From positions 32,001-96,000 of IMG/VR virus record IMGVR_UViG_3300005471_000011: 64,000 bases of DNA. One strand, given 5' to 3'. A program made the translations under genes and the position numbers. The notes beneath the pieces were generated by a model. That model did no database searches. It saw only the letters and a list, made by a program, of their open reading frames with translations, and was not told the DNA's origin. Of this stretch, positions 62,033-64,000 are shown in pieces. Numbering within the stretch: position 1 is the first letter of the stretch; each line of letters starts with the position of its first letter. The DNA comes from a virus.

Positions 62033-63477
62033 TGCAACCAAACGGCAAAGTTAAAACAAACGGCAAGCAGAATGGAAAACAGAACGGCGCATCGCCAGTT
62101 GCCGAGTTTCTTGAGCGACAGCAACCGTTCGACCTCAAGGCGGAGTGTTCGCTGCTCGGCAGCGTGATCCTGATGAACGAGGCTATCGATGAGACGTCGC
62201 TGATCCTCAAGGCGGAAGACTTCTACGACGATGCCAATGAAAAAATCTACCGCCAGTTCCTTAAGCTCCACGACGAAGGCAAGAAGATCGACAGCACGCT
62301 GCTCGTTGACCGACTGAAGAAGGACGGGGACTTCGAGGCCATCGGCGGCGCGGCGTACCTGTCCAAGCTGATCAACTGCGTGCCCAACGCGGCGCACGCG
62401 GCCTATTATGCCGAGATCATCCGGGACGCGGCGGTGCTGCGCAAGATCATCCTGCGGTCCACGGAGCTGCTGCGCGACGCTTACGACCGGGCATGCGAGC
62501 CGGCGGACCTCGTCGGCATGGCGGAGAACTACTTCGCGGAGATAGCCGAGCAGGCATTGAACTTGAACGTTGAGCCAGAAAACTTCGGGCCGGTAATGAT
62601 GCGATCCCTCGCCGAACTGGAAAAGCGCATGAGCGGCGAGTCATCGCTTGGCGTAGCATCTGGAATTCACAGATTTGATGACATCGTGGGCCTGAAGGCA
62701 GGGGCTATGACGGTGATCGCTGGAAATAGTTCAATGGGCAAGTCAGCTTGTGCCGGCGGAATTGCGGTTCACGTTGCCAAACACTCGCACGGCGCGGTCC
62801 TGTTTGTCAGTTTAGAGATGACCGAGTTGGAAATGACTGACCGCGTGCTCGCGGCAGAGGCTCGCGTGGAATACTGGCGCATGACCAACGGAACACTCAG
62901 CACGGACGATCGCCAGCGGATCGTTGAGCAAGCGAACGCTCTGAGCAACATTAAATTATTCATAGAAGATTCGCCGGGCATGACGGTATCGCAGATCGCG
63001 GCGCAAGCGAGGCGCATCAAACGCAAGCACGGGCTTGCGTTGCTAGTGGTCGATTACATCGGACTCGTCGAGCCAGACAATCCGAAAGACAACCGGCAGG
63101 AGCAGATCGCCAAGATAAGCCGGAAGCTTAAGATGATGGCAAGAGAACTGAGCGTCCCGGTGATTTGCCTTGCGCAGCTCAATCGAAATGTTGAAAACGC
63201 CAAGGATTGCAGGCCGCGCCTGTCACATCTGAGGGAATCGGCAGCAATCGGCCAGGACGCCGACAACGTGCTGTTCGTCCACCGTCCCAAGTATTACCTA
63301 CGCGAGATGCCAAGCGACGGCAGCGGGGAGGAGGCGGAGATATTGCTGGCCAAGGCGCGCAACGCGCCCACGCGGGAGATCAAGATGCTGTGGTTCGGCA
63401 AGTGGATGCGGTGGGAGAACCCGGCGTCTCCGCAGCACCAGAATTTTAGCGCGCCGTACAGCGACGGAGGGTTCTGA
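62032..63477 (+). CDS. dnaB: Replicative DNA helicase
   Basis: P.DLKAE.SLLG, IGGAAYL, GNSSMGKS, SLEM, VVDYIGL, ISRKLKMMAREL.VPVI.LAQLNR, LRES.AI.QDAD, AKARN. Confidence 0.95.
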   Translation: MQPNGKVKTNGKQNGKQNGASPVAEFLERQQPFDLKAECSLLGSVILMNEAIDETSLILKAEDFYDDANEKIYRQFLKLHDEGKKIDSTLLVDRLKKDGDFEAIGGAAYLSKLINCVPNAAHAAYYAEIIRDAAVLRKIILRSTELLRDAYDRACEPADLVGMAENYFAEIAEQALNLNVEPENFGPVMMRSLAELEKRMSGESSLGVASGIHRFDDIVGLKAGAMTVIAGNSSMGKSACAGGIAVHVAKHSHGAVLFVSLEMTELEMTDRVLAAEARVEYWRMTNGTLSTDDRQRIVEQANALSNIKLFIEDSPGMTVSQIAAQARRIKRKHGLALLVVDYIGLVEPDNPKDNRQEQIAKISRKLKMMARELSVPVICLAQLNRNVENAKDCRPRLSHLRESAAIGQDADNVLFVHRPKYYLREMPSDGSGEEAEILLAKARNAPTREIKMLWFGKWMRWENPASPQHQNFSAPYSDGGF

Positions 63478-63989
63478 TGAAACCGATTCAGGTTGACGCA
63501 TCTCAATTTCGCCCGCTTATGCCGACAGCGTCATTGATCTTGCTTGAGAAAATCCACGGCTGGAAATGGTGGTCCTATTTAGCAACGCAGAGAAATGCTG
63601 ACGGCAAGCGCGAGAAACTGCGGGTGCGTACACTTCGCGATCCAGACTTTCCAAACGATCGGTGGAAAAGATGGGGCGCAGAACCGGACGTTCAACTGCG
63701 AATGGCCGACGGCAACGAGCCGCTGATGCGCATCGAAGGCACCGGCGATGCCATGAGCTTGCCGATCTATCCTTACTTAGAGGGTGACGATGGAGACGCT
63801 GCCGAAATGCTGACGCTGATTGCCAAGGCAGGTTGGCGAGTATCGGCAACGTTCGGATCAAAGCAAGTTGCCGTAGTGCTTTCATGCGCGACCACAATGA
63901 TCGCAGGACATGGCGAGCGATTAGCACATGCCGCGTGTGAGGCCGCAATGTTGCTTCCGAACGACTGGAAACTGAAGGCGCGAATATGA
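63477..63989 (+). CDS. Hypothetical protein (distantly resembles 58841-59368)
   Basis: EKIHGWKWWSYL vs EELFGWKWLAYL; ADGNEPL vs ATGDEPL. Confidence 0.55.
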   Translation: MKPIQVDASQFRPLMPTASLILLEKIHGWKWWSYLATQRNADGKREKLRVRTLRDPDFPNDRWKRWGAEPDVQLRMADGNEPLMRIEGTGDAMSLPIYPYLEGDDGDAAEMLTLIAKAGWRVSATFGSKQVAVVLSCATTMIAGHGERLAHAACEAAMLLPNDWKLKARI

Positions 63990-64000
63990 AATGCCTCACG

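Overview
The whole window is a tailed dsDNA phage or prophage segment, almost entirely on the + strand and GC-rich. The host is probably a planctomycete, inferred from an 'E-x-L-E-x-R' N-terminal motif on a metalloprotease. 1-36.5 kb is the morphogenesis region. It contains a portal fused to a Mu gpF-like domain, an HK97-type prohead protease fused to an AAA+ ATPase, the major capsid protein, head-tail joining genes, the tail tube, a -1 frameshifting tail chaperone and a short tape measure protein. At least six proteins in this region carry long Ser/Thr tracts. 36.5-61 kb is an accessory region with about 6 glycosyltransferase-like and about 6 SAM methyltransferase genes, a cupin, a radical SAM enzyme, an exonuclease, an HNH endonuclease and an initiator-type tRNA-Met. 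A kdsB homolog and a seventh methyltransferase lie near the portal. A 4-kb IS903-like element with an R-M passenger gene interrupts one phage gene. The window ends with a replication initiator containing iterons and dnaB. The top finding is at 52.6-56.0 kb: a promoter, a RAMP/Cas7-like gene, a noncoding array, an accessory gene and a second noncoding array. About 40 array units follow a non-CRISPR grammar of GGCA plus n x (G-N-Y-N-N) pentamers, a candidate RNA-guided system. The second is a candidate large-scale virion O-glycosylation system: Ser-rich structural proteins, a Maf/CstII-like transferase and a CMP-Kdo synthetase. All family assignments are from motifs recognised by eye; no database searches were run.
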